Shown one piece after another: positions 37,682-47,953 of a stretch of 64,000 nt of DNA. The notes beneath the pieces were generated by a model. It was given only the letters and a program-made list of their open reading frames with translations, was not told the origin of the DNA and did not search any database. The translations under genes and the position numbers were made by a program. This DNA comes from a virus (taxonomy: Duplodnaviria > Heunggongvirae > Uroviricota > Caudoviricetes), in IMG/VR virus record IMGVR_UViG_2718217789_000006. The stretch is one strand, 5' to 3'. Every line of letters starts with the position of its first letter. Within the stretch, counting starts at the first letter, position 1.

Positions 37682-37758
37682 GCATGCGTCAGGGACCATC
37701 GGTGTGTGCCGGTGGTCTTTTTTATTGTTGTGAGCTTCCGGATTGCGGGAGGCGGGGT

Positions 37759-37974
37759 ATGAACCAGATGGAAAAAATCACAACAGGTGTGTCATACACC
37801 ACGTCAGCGGTGGGAACGGGCTACTGGTTCCTGCAGTTGCTGGACAGGGTTTCCCCGTCTCAGTGGGCGGCAATAGGCGTGCTGGGGAGTCTGCTGTTTG
37901 GTCTGCTGACGTACCTGACGAACCTGTATTTCAAAATCAGAGAGGACAGGCGTAAGGCGGCACGGGGAGAGTAA
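37759..37974 (+). CDS. Holin (phage 21/S21-type), dual-start
   Basis: [71 protein letters not shown]; two Met codons three codons apart; GGGAGG RBS. Confidence 0.8.
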   Translation: MNQMEKITTGVSYTTSAVGTGYWFLQLLDRVSPSQWAAIGVLGSLLFGLLTYLTNLYFKIREDRRKAARGE

Positions 37975-37978
37975 GCTG

Positions 37979-38512
37979 ATGAGCAGGAAACTCCGCTATG
38001 GTTTATCGGCTGCCGTTCTGGCGCTGATTGCCGCAGGTGCTTCTGCGCCTGAAATCCTCGACCAGTTTCTGGATGAAAAGGAAGGTAACCACACCACGGC
38101 ATACCGTGATGGTGCGGGTATCTGGACCATCTGCCGAGGCACCATCATGGTGGATGGTAAGCCTGTGATTCCTGGCATGAAGCTGTCGAAGGAAAAATGC
38201 GACCGGGTTAACGCTATCGAACGGGATAAGGCGCTGGCATGGGTGGAGAAAAACATCAAAGTGCCGCTGACCGAACCCCAGAAAGCGGGGATCGCGTCAT
38301 TCTGTCCGTACAACATTGGTCCCGGTAAGTGTTTCCCGTCGACGTTTTACAGACGAATTAATGCAGGTGATCGAAAAGGTGCCTGCGAAGCGATTCGCTG
38401 GTGGATTAAGGACGGCGGCAGAGACTGCCGTATTCGCTCAAACAACTGCTACGGTCAGGTATCCCGTCGCGACCAGGAGAGTGCGCTGGCGTGCTGGGGA
38501 ATTGACAGATAA
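37979..38512 (+). CDS. SAR endolysin (lysozyme, T4/lambda lysozyme family)
   Basis: 177 aa; N-terminal signal-anchor-release segment (LSAAVLALIAAGASAPE), catalytic E...D...T triad region DEKEGNHTTAYRDGAGIWTICRGT. Confidence 0.85.
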   Translation: MSRKLRYGLSAAVLALIAAGASAPEILDQFLDEKEGNHTTAYRDGAGIWTICRGTIMVDGKPVIPGMKLSKEKCDRVNAIERDKALAWVEKNIKVPLTEPQKAGIASFCPYNIGPGKCFPSTFYRRINAGDRKGACEAIRWWIKDGGRDCRIRSNNCYGQVSRRDQESALACWGIDR

Positions 38513-38810
38513 GCAGAATATTTTGCTGAAAAATGCGGTTTGCTCACACGGACGGATAACACGAAATCCTGCGAACTGACAAAAACTAAGTGAATAAAAG
38601 TAAAAACCCCGTTTGTTGGCTGCAAGCGGGGTTTTGTGTTTCCTGACTCTGGAAAAGTCAAAGGAGAAAGTGTGTTTGATTTTAGCAAACTGATTCGGGA
38701 GATTCGAGTGATGGCTGAAAAATTATCCACCTGGAAGTTCATTCTTATCTGGCTGGTGTTTGTGATTATGGCCTCCGGTTATTTCATCGGTCAGATACGC
38801 TGGTGGTGAA

Positions 38811-39278
38811 ATGAACCGCGTACTGTGCGTGGTCATCATTGCCCTGCTGGTGGCCTGTGGTGCGCTTAGTCTGGGGCTGAATCATTACCGTGATAACGCC
38901 ATAACCTACAAAGAGCAGCGCGATAAAAAAGTCAGTGAGCTGGAGCAGGCAAATGCAACCATTACTGATATGCAGCAGCGCCAGCGTGATGTTGCTGCAC
39001 TCGATGCAAAATACTCGAGGGAATTAGCCGATGCGAGAGCTGAAAATGAAACTCTGCGTGCTGATGTTGCCGCTGGTCGTAAGCGCCTGCGGATCAACGC
39101 CACCTGCCCCGGTACCGTGCGTGAAGCCACCGGCACCTCCGGCGTGGATAATGCAACCGGCCCCCGACTGGCAGACACCGCTGAACGGGATTATTTCATC
39201 CTCAGAGAACGGTTGATGATGATGCAGAAGCAGCTGGAAGGGGCGCAGGAATATATCCGCACTCAGTGTATTAACTAG
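38811..39278 (+). CDS. Rz i-spanin
   Basis: 155 aa; N-terminal TM (VLCVVIIALLVACGAL), coiled-coil periplasmic domain. Confidence 0.8.
   Translation: MNRVLCVVIIALLVACGALSLGLNHYRDNAITYKEQRDKKVSELEQANATITDMQQRQRDVAALDAKYSRELADARAENETLRADVAAGRKRLRINATCPGTVREATGTSGVDNATGPRLADTAERDYFILRERLMMMQKQLEGAQEYIRTQCIN
39031..39216 (+). CDS. Rz1 o-spanin lipoprotein, embedded in Rz in the +1 frame
   Basis: 61 aa; lipobox LVVSAC then Pro-rich mature region (STPPAPVPCVKPPAPPAW). Confidence 0.7.
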   Translation: MRELKMKLCVLMLPLVVSACGSTPPAPVPCVKPPAPPAWIMQPAPDWQTPLNGIISSSENG

Positions 39279-39301
39279 TATTTTTGTTATCCGGAGAATG
39301 C

Positions 39302-39526
39302 ATGAAGAAATTACTGGTAACCGTAAAGCCTTTTCAGGGAACAATTCCGTTCCGTATTTTGCAGCGTGGTCGTGTTCTTGTTGAAGGTTCGTTCAGTGGT
39401 AAATGTACGCAATTACACTCCCGGACCTTTCAGGTGAATGCCACGAATGAAGAACTAACCGTGGAGTGTACGATGAATGCCGCTAAATGCCGCATGGCAT
39501 CCGCTGCATTACAGCCAGTGTGTTGA
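39302..39526 (+). CDS. Hypothetical protein downstream of the lysis cassette
   Basis: 74 aa from ATG 39302 with GGAGAA RBS. Confidence 0.35.
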   Translation: MKKLLVTVKPFQGTIPFRILQRGRVLVEGSFSGKCTQLHSRTFQVNATNEELTVECTMNAAKCRMASAALQPVC

Positions 39527-39944
39527 GCGACCTTATTATCCATGCGCGGTATTGTCGCCGTATTCCTGCATTAACAGAGACCGCAGCCCGACAGGGAGAC
39601 TCCTCTGCGCGAGTGTGCGGGGATAATCAAAAACGATACACACCGGGGTTTACCGCGTTAACGGAGCGCGGCGTTGTCCCCTCATAGTCGCCAGTCCGGT
39701 GCGATGGTGGAAGAAACTGGATTTTGTTGCAAATGATAACCATTATCATTTTGCGGGTCCTCCTGGTGGGGTGGGCCTGAACACGGGGCGGGCGGCGCGG
39801 AAAAAGGCGCATTTTTTGATTTTTATGGCACCATCACCACCAGTGTAAGTTATTGATATATAGAAAAATAAAAATTTTTAGTGTCGAATCTGGTTGTTTT
39901 TTGTTCATCACTGGTGTGTGTTTACATAATTTTCAGGGGGAGTT

Positions 39945-40421
39945 ATGGATCGTGAATTAAAAAATCTGCATCTGAATATTTCCCAACTGGCCGCATTATC
40001 CGGTGCTCATCGACAGACTGTTGCGGCTCGGGTAAAAAACATAAGCCCAGCCGGTGGTCATGAGAGCAATCTCAAACTGTACCGACTGACAGATATCCTT
40101 GCCGAGCTGATGAAAGCTCCTCTGCCTGTAGATAACGAGGAAATGGATCCTCATGCGCGTAAAGCATGGTACCAGTCAGAACGTGACCGACTGAAATTTG
40201 AGCAGGAAACTGGTCAGCTTGTGCCAGTCAGTGATGTCAGGCGGTCCTTTTCTGTCGTGGTGAAAGCGATAGTTCAGGTACTGGAAACCTGGCCTGACCG
40301 GCTGGAGAGGGACAGGGGGTGGACCGCATCACAACTGAATGAAGTACAGATTGTGGTTGATGAGATCCGCGACACACTGGAAAAGGCAGTCATTGACTGT
40401 TGTGATGAGGCCGATATGTGA
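39945..40421 (+). CDS. Terminase small subunit
   Basis: 158 aa with N-terminal HTH-like segment (LNISQLAALSGAHRQTVAARV); stop overlaps large-subunit start. Confidence 0.65.
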   Translation: MDRELKNLHLNISQLAALSGAHRQTVAARVKNISPAGGHESNLKLYRLTDILAELMKAPLPVDNEEMDPHARKAWYQSERDRLKFEQETGQLVPVSDVRRSFSVVVKAIVQVLETWPDRLERDRGWTASQLNEVQIVVDEIRDTLEKAVIDCCDEADM

Positions 40422-42541
40422 ATCAGGTGAACGAGAGCCATAGCCGCGCATCCGATATCTGGCGCGAAGTGGCCTCGCTGTTTCGCCCACCTGGCCGGTT
40501 ACCAGTAGCGGAAGCCATCAGGCGTTATATGCGGGTTCCACGGGGAGCCAATACTTCCGGTCCGTGGGAGTCATCGCTGACGCCCTATATGATTGACCCC
40601 ATTAATACATTATCAGCCCGTGAATATGACGCGGTGGTGTTTGTGGGACCTGCGCGAACCGGGAAAACCGAAGGGCTGATTGATGGCTGGATTGTGTACG
40701 GCATCATCTGTGATCCGGCGGATATGCTGGTGGTGCAGATGACTGAGACGAAGGCGCGTGAGCATTCCAGAACGCGTCTTTCCAGGACGTTTCGCCACAG
40801 TCCGGAGGTCAGCAAGCGCCTCAGTCCTTCCCGTAATGACAACAACGTCCACGATAAAATGTTTCTTGACGGCTCCTTCCTGAAGATTGGCTGGCCGTCG
40901 ATCACCGTCTTTTCCTCTTCGGATTACCGTCGTGTGGCGCTGACGGATTATGACCGTTTCCCTGAAAACGTGGACGGGGAAGGGGATGCCTTCACGCTGG
41001 CCTCAAAGCGTACCACCACCTTTATGTCCTCGGGGATGACCCTGGTCGAGAGTTCACCGGGGCGGGATATCACCGATACCAAATGGCGTTGTGGTGGCGC
41101 ACATGAGGCACCGCCAACAACGGGGATCCTGTCACTGTATAACCGGGGAGACCGCCGCCGGTGGTACTGGCCGTGTCCGCACTGCGGGGAATATTTTCAG
41201 CCGGTGATGGATAACATGACCGGATACCGGAATAACCCGGATTTTGTGGCTGCCGGTCAGGCTGCCCGTCTGATGTGTCCGCATTGTCGCGGGCTGATTG
41301 CCCCTGAGCAGAAACGCGAACTGAATAACCAGGGGATCTGGCTTCGTGAAGGTGAACGGGCGGCGGCGGACGGCAGTATCACCGGAACGCCACGAAACTC
41401 CCGGATTGCGTCATTTTGGATGGAGGGGCCAGCTGCGGCGTTTCAGACCTGGGAACAACTGATTTTTAAACTGCTGGCGGCAGAAGAAGAGTATGAGCGA
41501 ACCGGCAGTGAAGAGACTCTGAAAGCGGTGGTGAACACCGATATCGGACGACCCTATCTGCCCCGTTCAGCCACGGAACAGCGTAAAAGTGAACTGCTTG
41601 AACAGCGTGCCGAGCCGTTTCCCCGGCGATCTGTGCCGGATGGTGTGCGTTTTATTGAGGCAACGGTTGACGTACAGGGCGGTAAAAATCGCCGTTTTGT
41701 TGTGCAGATCACCGGATACGGAGAGCAGGGGGAACGCTGGATTGTTGATCGCTACAACATCCGGCATTCACTGCGCTGCAGTCCCAACGGTGAAAGTCTG
41801 CCGGTTGATCCGGCGGCATATCCGGAGGACTGGGATTTGTTGCTGACGGATGTGTTCCATAAAACATGGCCGCTGGCTTCTGATCCGGATGTGCGCATGC
41901 GTCTGATGGCCATGGCGGTGGATACGGGAGGGGAAGCCGGGGTGACAGATAACGCCTATCGTTTCTGGCGTCGTTGCCGGAGTGACGGACTGGGCAACAG
42001 GGTGTTTCTGTTCAAGGGGGATGGACTTCGCCGTGACAGGCTGATTAACCGAACCTTCCCGGATAATACCGGCAGAAGTGCCCGCCGTGCCAGAGCCAGT
42101 GGCGATGTCGCGCTGTGGCTGGTTCAGACGGATGCGTTTAAGGATCGTGTAAATAATGCCCTGTGGCGTGACACACCAGGGCCGAACTATATCCACTTTC
42201 CCGACTGGCTGGGGCGGTGGTTTTACGATGAGCTGACCTATGAAGAGCGCGGCAGTGACGGAAAATGGCGAAAACCGGGCAGGGGCGCTAACGAAGCGTT
42301 TGACCTGCTGGTTTATGCGGATGCGCTTGCCGTTCTGCATGGTTACGAAAAGATCCGCTGGCCCTCCGCACCGGACTGGGCACAGCGGGAAACGTGGCTC
42401 GTCTTCCCGCAGGAGCGTTCTGGTGAAACGGTATCCCCGGAACTGACGGCCGGGGCAGAAAAACGCCGTCGCCGGAAGAAAAAACTGTGGACGGAGCGTG
42501 CGGAAGATAATCCATGGATAACATCAGGAGGCTGGTTGTGA
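40418..42541 (+). CDS. Terminase large subunit (lambda gpA family)
   Basis: 707 aa; Walker A VGPARTGKTEG; CPHCGE motif as in lambda gpA (ACPHCGEE, recalled). Confidence 0.9.
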   Translation: MNQVNESHSRASDIWREVASLFRPPGRLPVAEAIRRYMRVPRGANTSGPWESSLTPYMIDPINTLSAREYDAVVFVGPARTGKTEGLIDGWIVYGIICDPADMLVVQMTETKAREHSRTRLSRTFRHSPEVSKRLSPSRNDNNVHDKMFLDGSFLKIGWPSITVFSSSDYRRVALTDYDRFPENVDGEGDAFTLASKRTTTFMSSGMTLVESSPGRDITDTKWRCGGAHEAPPTTGILSLYNRGDRRRWYWPCPHCGEYFQPVMDNMTGYRNNPDFVAAGQAARLMCPHCRGLIAPEQKRELNNQGIWLREGERAAADGSITGTPRNSRIASFWMEGPAAAFQTWEQLIFKLLAAEEEYERTGSEETLKAVVNTDIGRPYLPRSATEQRKSELLEQRAEPFPRRSVPDGVRFIEATVDVQGGKNRRFVVQITGYGEQGERWIVDRYNIRHSLRCSPNGESLPVDPAAYPEDWDLLLTDVFHKTWPLASDPDVRMRLMAMAVDTGGEAGVTDNAYRFWRRCRSDGLGNRVFLFKGDGLRRDRLINRTFPDNTGRSARRARASGDVALWLVQTDAFKDRVNNALWRDTPGPNYIHFPDWLGRWFYDELTYEERGSDGKWRKPGRGANEAFDLLVYADALAVLHGYEKIRWPSAPDWAQRETWLVFPQERSGETVSPELTAGAEKRRRRKKKLWTERAEDNPWITSGGWL

Positions 42542-42750
42542 GCACAGAAGAAGCCAGAGAAATGATACAGCGGTACCGTGAAGCGGAAATGGCCGTACTG
42601 GAGGGAAAGTCTGTCACCTTCAACGGGCAGCAACTGACGCTGGAAAGCCTTTCTCAGATCCGCGCCGGACGTCAGGAGTGGGAACGCAGGCTTGCCGCGA
42701 TGGTGAGCCGCAGGCGGGGAAAACCGGGATTTAAACTGGCGAGGTTTTAA
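42538..42750 (+). CDS. Head-tail joining protein, gpW-like
   Basis: 70 aa from GTG 42538 with AGGAGG RBS; ...GKSVTFNGQQLTLESLSQIRAGRQEW...RRRGKPGFK resembles lambda gpW (...RRRGPAGF...). Confidence 0.55.
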   Translation: MSTEEAREMIQRYREAEMAVLEGKSVTFNGQQLTLESLSQIRAGRQEWERRLAAMVSRRRGKPGFKLARF

Positions 42751-44252
42751 TGGCAATTATTGATGATGTGATCGGCGTGTTTTCCCCCGGGTGGAAAGCA
42801 GCCAGACTGCGTTCAAGGGCGTTAATCATGGCCTATGAGGCGGTGAAACCGACCCGGACACATAAAGCCCGGCGGGAAAATCGCTCTGCTGATCAGCTCA
42901 GTAAATACGGTGCGGTTTCCCTGCGGGAGCAGGCCCGTTTTCTGGATATCAATCATGACCTGGTGATTGGTGTGTTTGACAAGCTGGAAGAGCGGGTGAT
43001 TGGTGCCAGGGGAATTATTGTGGAGCCTCAGCCATTACGAAAAAACGGGGAAATGGCGGCTGAGCTGGCTGCGGATATCCGCCGTTTGTGGGCTGAATGG
43101 TCCGTGAGTCCGGATGTGACAGGGCAGTATACCCGTCCTGTGCTTGAACGTTTACTGCTGCGGACCTGGCTGCGGGATGGTGAAGTGTTTGCGCAGATGG
43201 TCAGTGGTGCGGGAAACGGTCTGGAACGGACGGCGGGAGTGCCATTCTGGCTTGAGGCGATGGAGCCGGATTTTGTTCCCATGCGCACTGATGAATCCGC
43301 CGGACTGAATCAGGGGGTTTTTCTTGATGAGTGGGGAAGACCGAAAAAATATCTGGTTTATAAAAATTATCCGGTCAGCGGCCGGCAGAGTGATACGAAA
43401 GAAATCGCTGCCGGAAAAATGATCCACCTGAAGTTCACTCGTCGTCTGCATCAGACGCGAGGCTCATCCATGTTATCGGGGGTGCTGATGCGGATCAGTG
43501 CCCTTAAGGAGTATGAGGATGCGGAACTGACAGCGGCGCGTATTGCTGCGGCGCTGGGACTGTATATCCGTAAAGGTGACGGACAGGACTATGAAGATCC
43601 GGGGAGCAAAGAGACCGAGCGGGAAGTCCATATCACCCCGGGTATTATTTATGACGATTTGCGCAAGGGCGAGGATATCGGCATGGTCAAATCTGACCGT
43701 CCCAATCCCAACCTTGAAACTTTCCGCAACGGCCAGTTGCGTGCAGTGGCAGCAGGCAGTCGTCTGAGTTTTTCCAGTGCGGCGCGTAACTATAACGGCA
43801 CCTACAGCGCCCAGCGGCAGGAGCTGGTCGAGTCCACGGATGGTTACCTGATCCTGCAGGACTGTTTTATTGGCGCGGTAACCCGCCCGGTGTACCGGAC
43901 ATGGCTGAATATGGTGGTTGCGGCAGGTCTGCTGAAAATTCCGGCGGATGTGGAGATGAAAACGCTATATAACGCGACGTATTCCGGTCCGGTGATGCCG
44001 TGGATCGACCCGGTTAAGGAAGCTGAAGCCTGGAGAATTCAGATCCGGGGTGGTGCAGCGACAGAATCTGACTGGGTGCGTGCTGGTGGGCGCAATCCGG
44101 ATGAGGTCAAACGTCGCCGCAAGGCTGAAATTGATGAAAACAGCAGACTGGGGCTGGTCTTTGATACTGACCCCGTCAACGACAAAGGAGGCAACAGTGC
44201 CGGAACTGAACGACAGTATCAGCGCGACACCGAAAGCCAGCATGAAGAATAA
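42750..44252 (+). CDS. Portal protein
   Basis: 500 aa between gpW-like gene and the protease-capsid gene. Confidence 0.8.
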   Translation: MAIIDDVIGVFSPGWKAARLRSRALIMAYEAVKPTRTHKARRENRSADQLSKYGAVSLREQARFLDINHDLVIGVFDKLEERVIGARGIIVEPQPLRKNGEMAAELAADIRRLWAEWSVSPDVTGQYTRPVLERLLLRTWLRDGEVFAQMVSGAGNGLERTAGVPFWLEAMEPDFVPMRTDESAGLNQGVFLDEWGRPKKYLVYKNYPVSGRQSDTKEIAAGKMIHLKFTRRLHQTRGSSMLSGVLMRISALKEYEDAELTAARIAAALGLYIRKGDGQDYEDPGSKETEREVHITPGIIYDDLRKGEDIGMVKSDRPNPNLETFRNGQLRAVAAGSRLSFSSAARNYNGTYSAQRQELVESTDGYLILQDCFIGAVTRPVYRTWLNMVVAAGLLKIPADVEMKTLYNATYSGPVMPWIDPVKEAEAWRIQIRGGAATESDWVRAGGRNPDEVKRRRKAEIDENSRLGLVFDTDPVNDKGGNSAGTERQYQRDTESQHEE

Positions 44253-46221
44253 ATCCTGGTTCAGGATGCTGGCGGGTAGTCAGGGTGAGGCAGATATTTA
44301 TATTTATGACGAGATTGGTTTCTGGGGAGTTACCGCGAAGCAGTTTGTCAGCGAACTGAATGCACTGGGTGATATCACCCACATTAATCTCCATATCAAT
44401 TCACCGGGTGGCGATGTCTTTGAAGGCATCGCCATTTTTAATGCCCTGAAAAATCAGGGGGCGACCATTACCGTGTATGTGGATGGCGTTGCCGCCTCGA
44501 TGGCATCTGTGATTGCGATGGCCGGTGATACGGTCATTATGCCGGAAAATGCCTTCATGATGATCCATAAGCCATGGGGATTCAGTGGCGGGGATGCTGA
44601 GGATATGCGCAGTTATGCCGATTTGCTGGATAAAGTCGAATCGGTACTGTTGCCAGCCTATGCGCAGAAAACCGGAAAAACCACCGATGAAATTGCCGCC
44701 ATGCTGGCGGATGAAACCTGGATGTCCGGTGCCGAATGTCTGGCACACGGATTTGCTGACCAGGTGACACCCGCTGTTGAGGCAATGGCATGTATTCAGT
44801 CAAAACGTACAGAGGAATTTAAAAAGATGCCGGAATCCATCCGAAACATGATTACTCCGCCACGCAACAGTGCCCCGCGTGATACCACAGTGACAATCCC
44901 TGCACCGGAGGTAACAGAACCATCACCGGTACCGGCAGTGTCTGATGAGGCGACCATTCGCGCCCGCGTTATGGCAGAACAGAAAGCCCGCATGTCAGGC
45001 ATTAACGATCTGTTTGCCATGTTCGGTGGTCGCTATCAGACGCTTCAGGCACAGTGCGTGGCTGATCCTGACTGTTCGCTGGAAATGGCCCGTGAACGAC
45101 TGCTGAATGAAATGGGCAAGGAGTCCTCGCCGACCAACAAAAATACACCGGCCCATATTTATGCCGGAAACGGCAATTTTGTGGGGGACGGGATCCGCCA
45201 GGCGATGCTGGCCCGTGCCGGATTTGAAAATGTCGAGAAGGATAACGCCTATAACGGGATGACCCTGCGTGAATGGGCTCGCATGTCACTGACGGAGCGC
45301 GGTATTGGGGTGGCCAGTTATAACCCCATGCAGATGGTCGGGCTGGCGCTGACGCACAGCACCTCTGATTTTGGCAATATTCTGCTGGATGTGTCGAACA
45401 AGGGGCTGATCCAGGGCTGGGAGGAATCAGAAGAAACCTTCCAGAAGTGGACCCGTAAGGGACGCCTGTCAGACTTCAAAACAGCGTATCGCGTGGGGAT
45501 GGGCGGTTTTGGTTCTCTGCGCCAGGTTCGTGAGGGGGCGGAGTATAAATACATCACCACCTCAGATCGCAAGGAGACCATTGCACTGGCCACTTACGGG
45601 GAGATTTTCTCCATCACCCGCCAGGCCATTATCAATGATGATCTGAATATGCTGGTGGACGTGCCGATGAAGATGGGGCGTGCGGCGAAGGCAACGATTG
45701 GTGACCTGGTCTACAAGGTGCTGACGGATAACCCGAAACTGTCCGACGGTAAGGCGCTGTTCCATGCCGATCACAAAAATATTGCCACCGGGGGGATCTC
45801 CGTTTCCGGACTGGATGCGGCCCGTCAGATGATGCGCCTGCAGAAAGAAGGCGATCGTGCCCTGAATATCCGTCCGGCCTTTATGCTGGTACCGGTGGCA
45901 CTGGAGACGGTGGCGAACCAGACCATCAAATCGGCCAGTGTGAAAGGGGCGGATGCAAACGCCGGTGTCATTAACCCTATCCAGAACTTTGCTGAGGTGA
46001 TTGCAGAAGCGCGTCTTGATGCGGCAGACCCGAAAACCTGGTATCTGGCGGCGGCACAGGGCACTGACACCATTGAAGTGGCCTGGCTGGATGGTGTGGA
46101 CACGCCATACATTGATCAGCAGGAAGGTTTCACCACTGACGGCATTGCCACAAAAATCCGTATTGATGCCGGAGTGGCACCACTTGACTGGCGCGGGCTG
46201 GTGCGTTCGTCGGTGGCCTGA
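44197..46221 (+). CDS. Prohead protease (ClpP-like, S14) fused to major capsid protein
   Basis: GTG start with AGGAGG RBS; N-terminal ClpP-like domain (INSPGGDVFEGIAIFNALKN...GVAASMASVIAMAGD) and C-terminal capsid-like domain; ORF-track start at 44050 overlaps portal and is rejected. Confidence 0.75.
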   Translation: MPELNDSISATPKASMKNKSWFRMLAGSQGEADIYIYDEIGFWGVTAKQFVSELNALGDITHINLHINSPGGDVFEGIAIFNALKNQGATITVYVDGVAASMASVIAMAGDTVIMPENAFMMIHKPWGFSGGDAEDMRSYADLLDKVESVLLPAYAQKTGKTTDEIAAMLADETWMSGAECLAHGFADQVTPAVEAMACIQSKRTEEFKKMPESIRNMITPPRNSAPRDTTVTIPAPEVTEPSPVPAVSDEATIRARVMAEQKARMSGINDLFAMFGGRYQTLQAQCVADPDCSLEMARERLLNEMGKESSPTNKNTPAHIYAGNGNFVGDGIRQAMLARAGFENVEKDNAYNGMTLREWARMSLTERGIGVASYNPMQMVGLALTHSTSDFGNILLDVSNKGLIQGWEESEETFQKWTRKGRLSDFKTAYRVGMGGFGSLRQVREGAEYKYITTSDRKETIALATYGEIFSITRQAIINDDLNMLVDVPMKMGRAAKATIGDLVYKVLTDNPKLSDGKALFHADHKNIATGGISVSGLDAARQMMRLQKEGDRALNIRPAFMLVPVALETVANQTIKSASVKGADANAGVINPIQNFAEVIAEARLDAADPKTWYLAAAQGTDTIEVAWLDGVDTPYIDQQEGFTTDGIATKIRIDAGVAPLDWRGLVRSSVA

Positions 46222-46243
46222 TAACCGCGTTATCACAATCACT

Positions 46244-46262
46244 GCCCGAAAGGGCTTTTTTT
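46244..46262 (+). terminator. Rho-independent terminator downstream of capsid gene
   Basis: GCCCGAAAGGGC hairpin followed by TTTTTTT. Confidence 0.6.
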
Positions 46263-46308
46263 ATGCCTGAAAAACAGCCCCACAGGGGCTGTCCGGAGAA
46301 ACAGCATT

Positions 46309-46635
46309 ATGGCGAAAAATTTTGTACAGGACGGTACCACCATTGAACTGGTGAATGCCGGAGATCAGACCATCCTGAGCGGTGCTGCGGTGGTGGTCGG
46401 CAGTATGGTGGCCGTGGCCATTACCGATATTCCTGCCGGTGAGGCCGGTGACGGTTTTGCCGAAGGCGTGTTCCTGCTGCCCAAACAGTCTGCTGACGAC
46501 ATTCAGTCCGGCGCGGTGGTTTATCTGAAGGACGGGGTTGTGCAGCTGGCTGCAGACGGTGCGGTGGCAGCGGGGGTAGCCTGGGAAAATGCCCCTGCAA
46601 ACAGCGCCACTGTGGCGGTAAAAATCAATGTCTGA
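46309..46635 (+). CDS. Small head protein (DUF2190-like, candidate head decoration/stabilisation protein)
   Basis: 108 aa Gly/Ala/Val-rich protein immediately after the capsid gene; family assignment tentative. Confidence 0.45.
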   Translation: MAKNFVQDGTTIELVNAGDQTILSGAAVVVGSMVAVAITDIPAGEAGDGFAEGVFLLPKQSADDIQSGAVVYLKDGVVQLAADGAVAAGVAWENAPANSATVAVKINV

Positions 46636-46909
46636 TCTGTTTACGCGAATGTGTTGCCGGATGGACGTGGCGACCGTTCGGGTGATGGGCAAACAGGCGG
46701 AGATTAACGGCGTCGTGTACGACGTGATGCCGGAGGAAGAGTCCGCGGAGATGGGGGCGCTTTCGGGCAGCCAGTTGTCACTGGTGGTGTTTTCAGCCCG
46801 GTACCGTCCGGCCCGTCATGATGTTGTTGTGTTTGCGGGGCGCACACTGACGGTGACCCGTTATGACACGTACAACGGTAAACCCCGGATTTTTGTCGAA
46901 CAGGAATGA
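46628..46909 (+). CDS. Putative head-tail adaptor/connector protein
   Basis: 93 aa between head protein and tail protein Z; by position. Confidence 0.45.
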   Translation: MSDLFTRMCCRMDVATVRVMGKQAEINGVVYDVMPEEESAEMGALSGSQLSLVVFSARYRPARHDVVVFAGRTLTVTRYDTYNGKPRIFVEQE

Positions 46910-46911
46910 GT

Positions 46912-47535
46912 ATGGCAATAAAAGGTCTGGCGCAGGCCATGAAAAATCTGGATGCAATTGATCGCCGTGCCGTTCCCCGGGCCTCTGCCACGACACTGAA
47001 CCGCGTGGCGGGGGCCATTATTGCGAAAACGGCCTCTTCAGTTGCCAGGGAGCTGGCCGTTCCCCGTCGTCTTATCCGTGCCCGCATCCGGTTAAGTCCG
47101 GCACGACCGGATAAGGTTTACGCAAAGGTTTACATCAATACCGGCAACCTGCCCGCCATCAAACTGGGGGAGGCCCGCGTTCGACTTTCCCGCAGAAAAC
47201 GGAGAAAGAAAGGACAGCGTGCGGCCCTGAAAGGGGGCGGCAGTGTGCTGATTGTGGGGAAAAGACGGATCCCGGACGCCTTTATCACCCGGCTGGCTAA
47301 CGGACGCTGGCATGTGATGCAGCGTATGCCGTGGGCATCATCATCCACCGGCGCGGACAGCAAAGGGAGGCCGAAACGCCACCGTCTGCCGATCGAAGTG
47401 GTGAAGATTACGACTGCCGGACCGCTGGCAGAAACCTTTGAACGTGAACGGGACCGGATGTACCGGGAAAAATTACCGGCGCAGATGATGAAAGCCATGA
47501 CGCATCAGTTACGCCTGGTGCTGAAAAGAAAATGA
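46912..47535 (+). CDS. Z: Minor tail protein Z (divergent from the prophage A copy)
   Basis: MAIKGLAQAMKNLD...NGRWHVMQRMPWASS...; AGGAA RBS. Confidence 0.85.
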   Translation: MAIKGLAQAMKNLDAIDRRAVPRASATTLNRVAGAIIAKTASSVARELAVPRRLIRARIRLSPARPDKVYAKVYINTGNLPAIKLGEARVRLSRRKRRKKGQRAALKGGGSVLIVGKRRIPDAFITRLANGRWHVMQRMPWASSSTGADSKGRPKRHRLPIEVVKITTAGPLAETFERERDRMYREKLPAQMMKAMTHQLRLVLKRK

Positions 47536-47547
47536 CTGGGAGGGTGT

Positions 47548-47946
47548 ATGAAACACCGTGAAATACGGGCGGCAGTTCTGTCTGCCCTGAAAGAAAATAT
47601 TTCTGAGAGGGTGAGCTGGTTTGACGGTCGCCCGGTTTTTATTGATGAACAGGAACTGCCTGCTGTTGCTGTTTACCTGACAGATGCGTCTGCTGCTGAC
47701 GAGTTCGTTGATGAGGGAACCTGGGAGGCGACACTGCATATTGAGGTTTTTCTCAGGGCAAAAGAACCGGACTCGGCACTGGATATGTGGATGGAAGAAA
47801 AAATTCTTCCTGCGCTGGAGGCAGTTCCCGGGCTCAGTGCATTACTGCTGAAGATGAATCTTCAGGGGTATGACTACCGCCGGGATGATGAGTTTATGAT
47901 GTGGGGATCGGCAGATCTCCTGTGGAAAATTACCTACGAGATGTGA
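47548..47946 (+). CDS. U: Minor tail protein U
   Basis: 132 aa, ...[17 protein letters not shown]...HIEVFL...; differs from the prophage A copy except at the 3' end. Confidence 0.85.
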   Translation: MKHREIRAAVLSALKENISERVSWFDGRPVFIDEQELPAVAVYLTDASAADEFVDEGTWEATLHIEVFLRAKEPDSALDMWMEEKILPALEAVPGLSALLLKMNLQGYDYRRDDEFMMWGSADLLWKITYEM

Positions 47947-47953
47947 GGACGAT

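Noticed and set aside
38316-38579. 87-aa plus-strand ORF overlapping the endolysin 3' end
   Set aside because: Alternative-frame ORF inside the endolysin gene with no RBS
44050-44196. ORF-track start of the protease-capsid gene at 44050
   Set aside because: Overlaps the portal gene by about 200 bp; a GTG with a strong AGGAGG RBS at 44197 fits better
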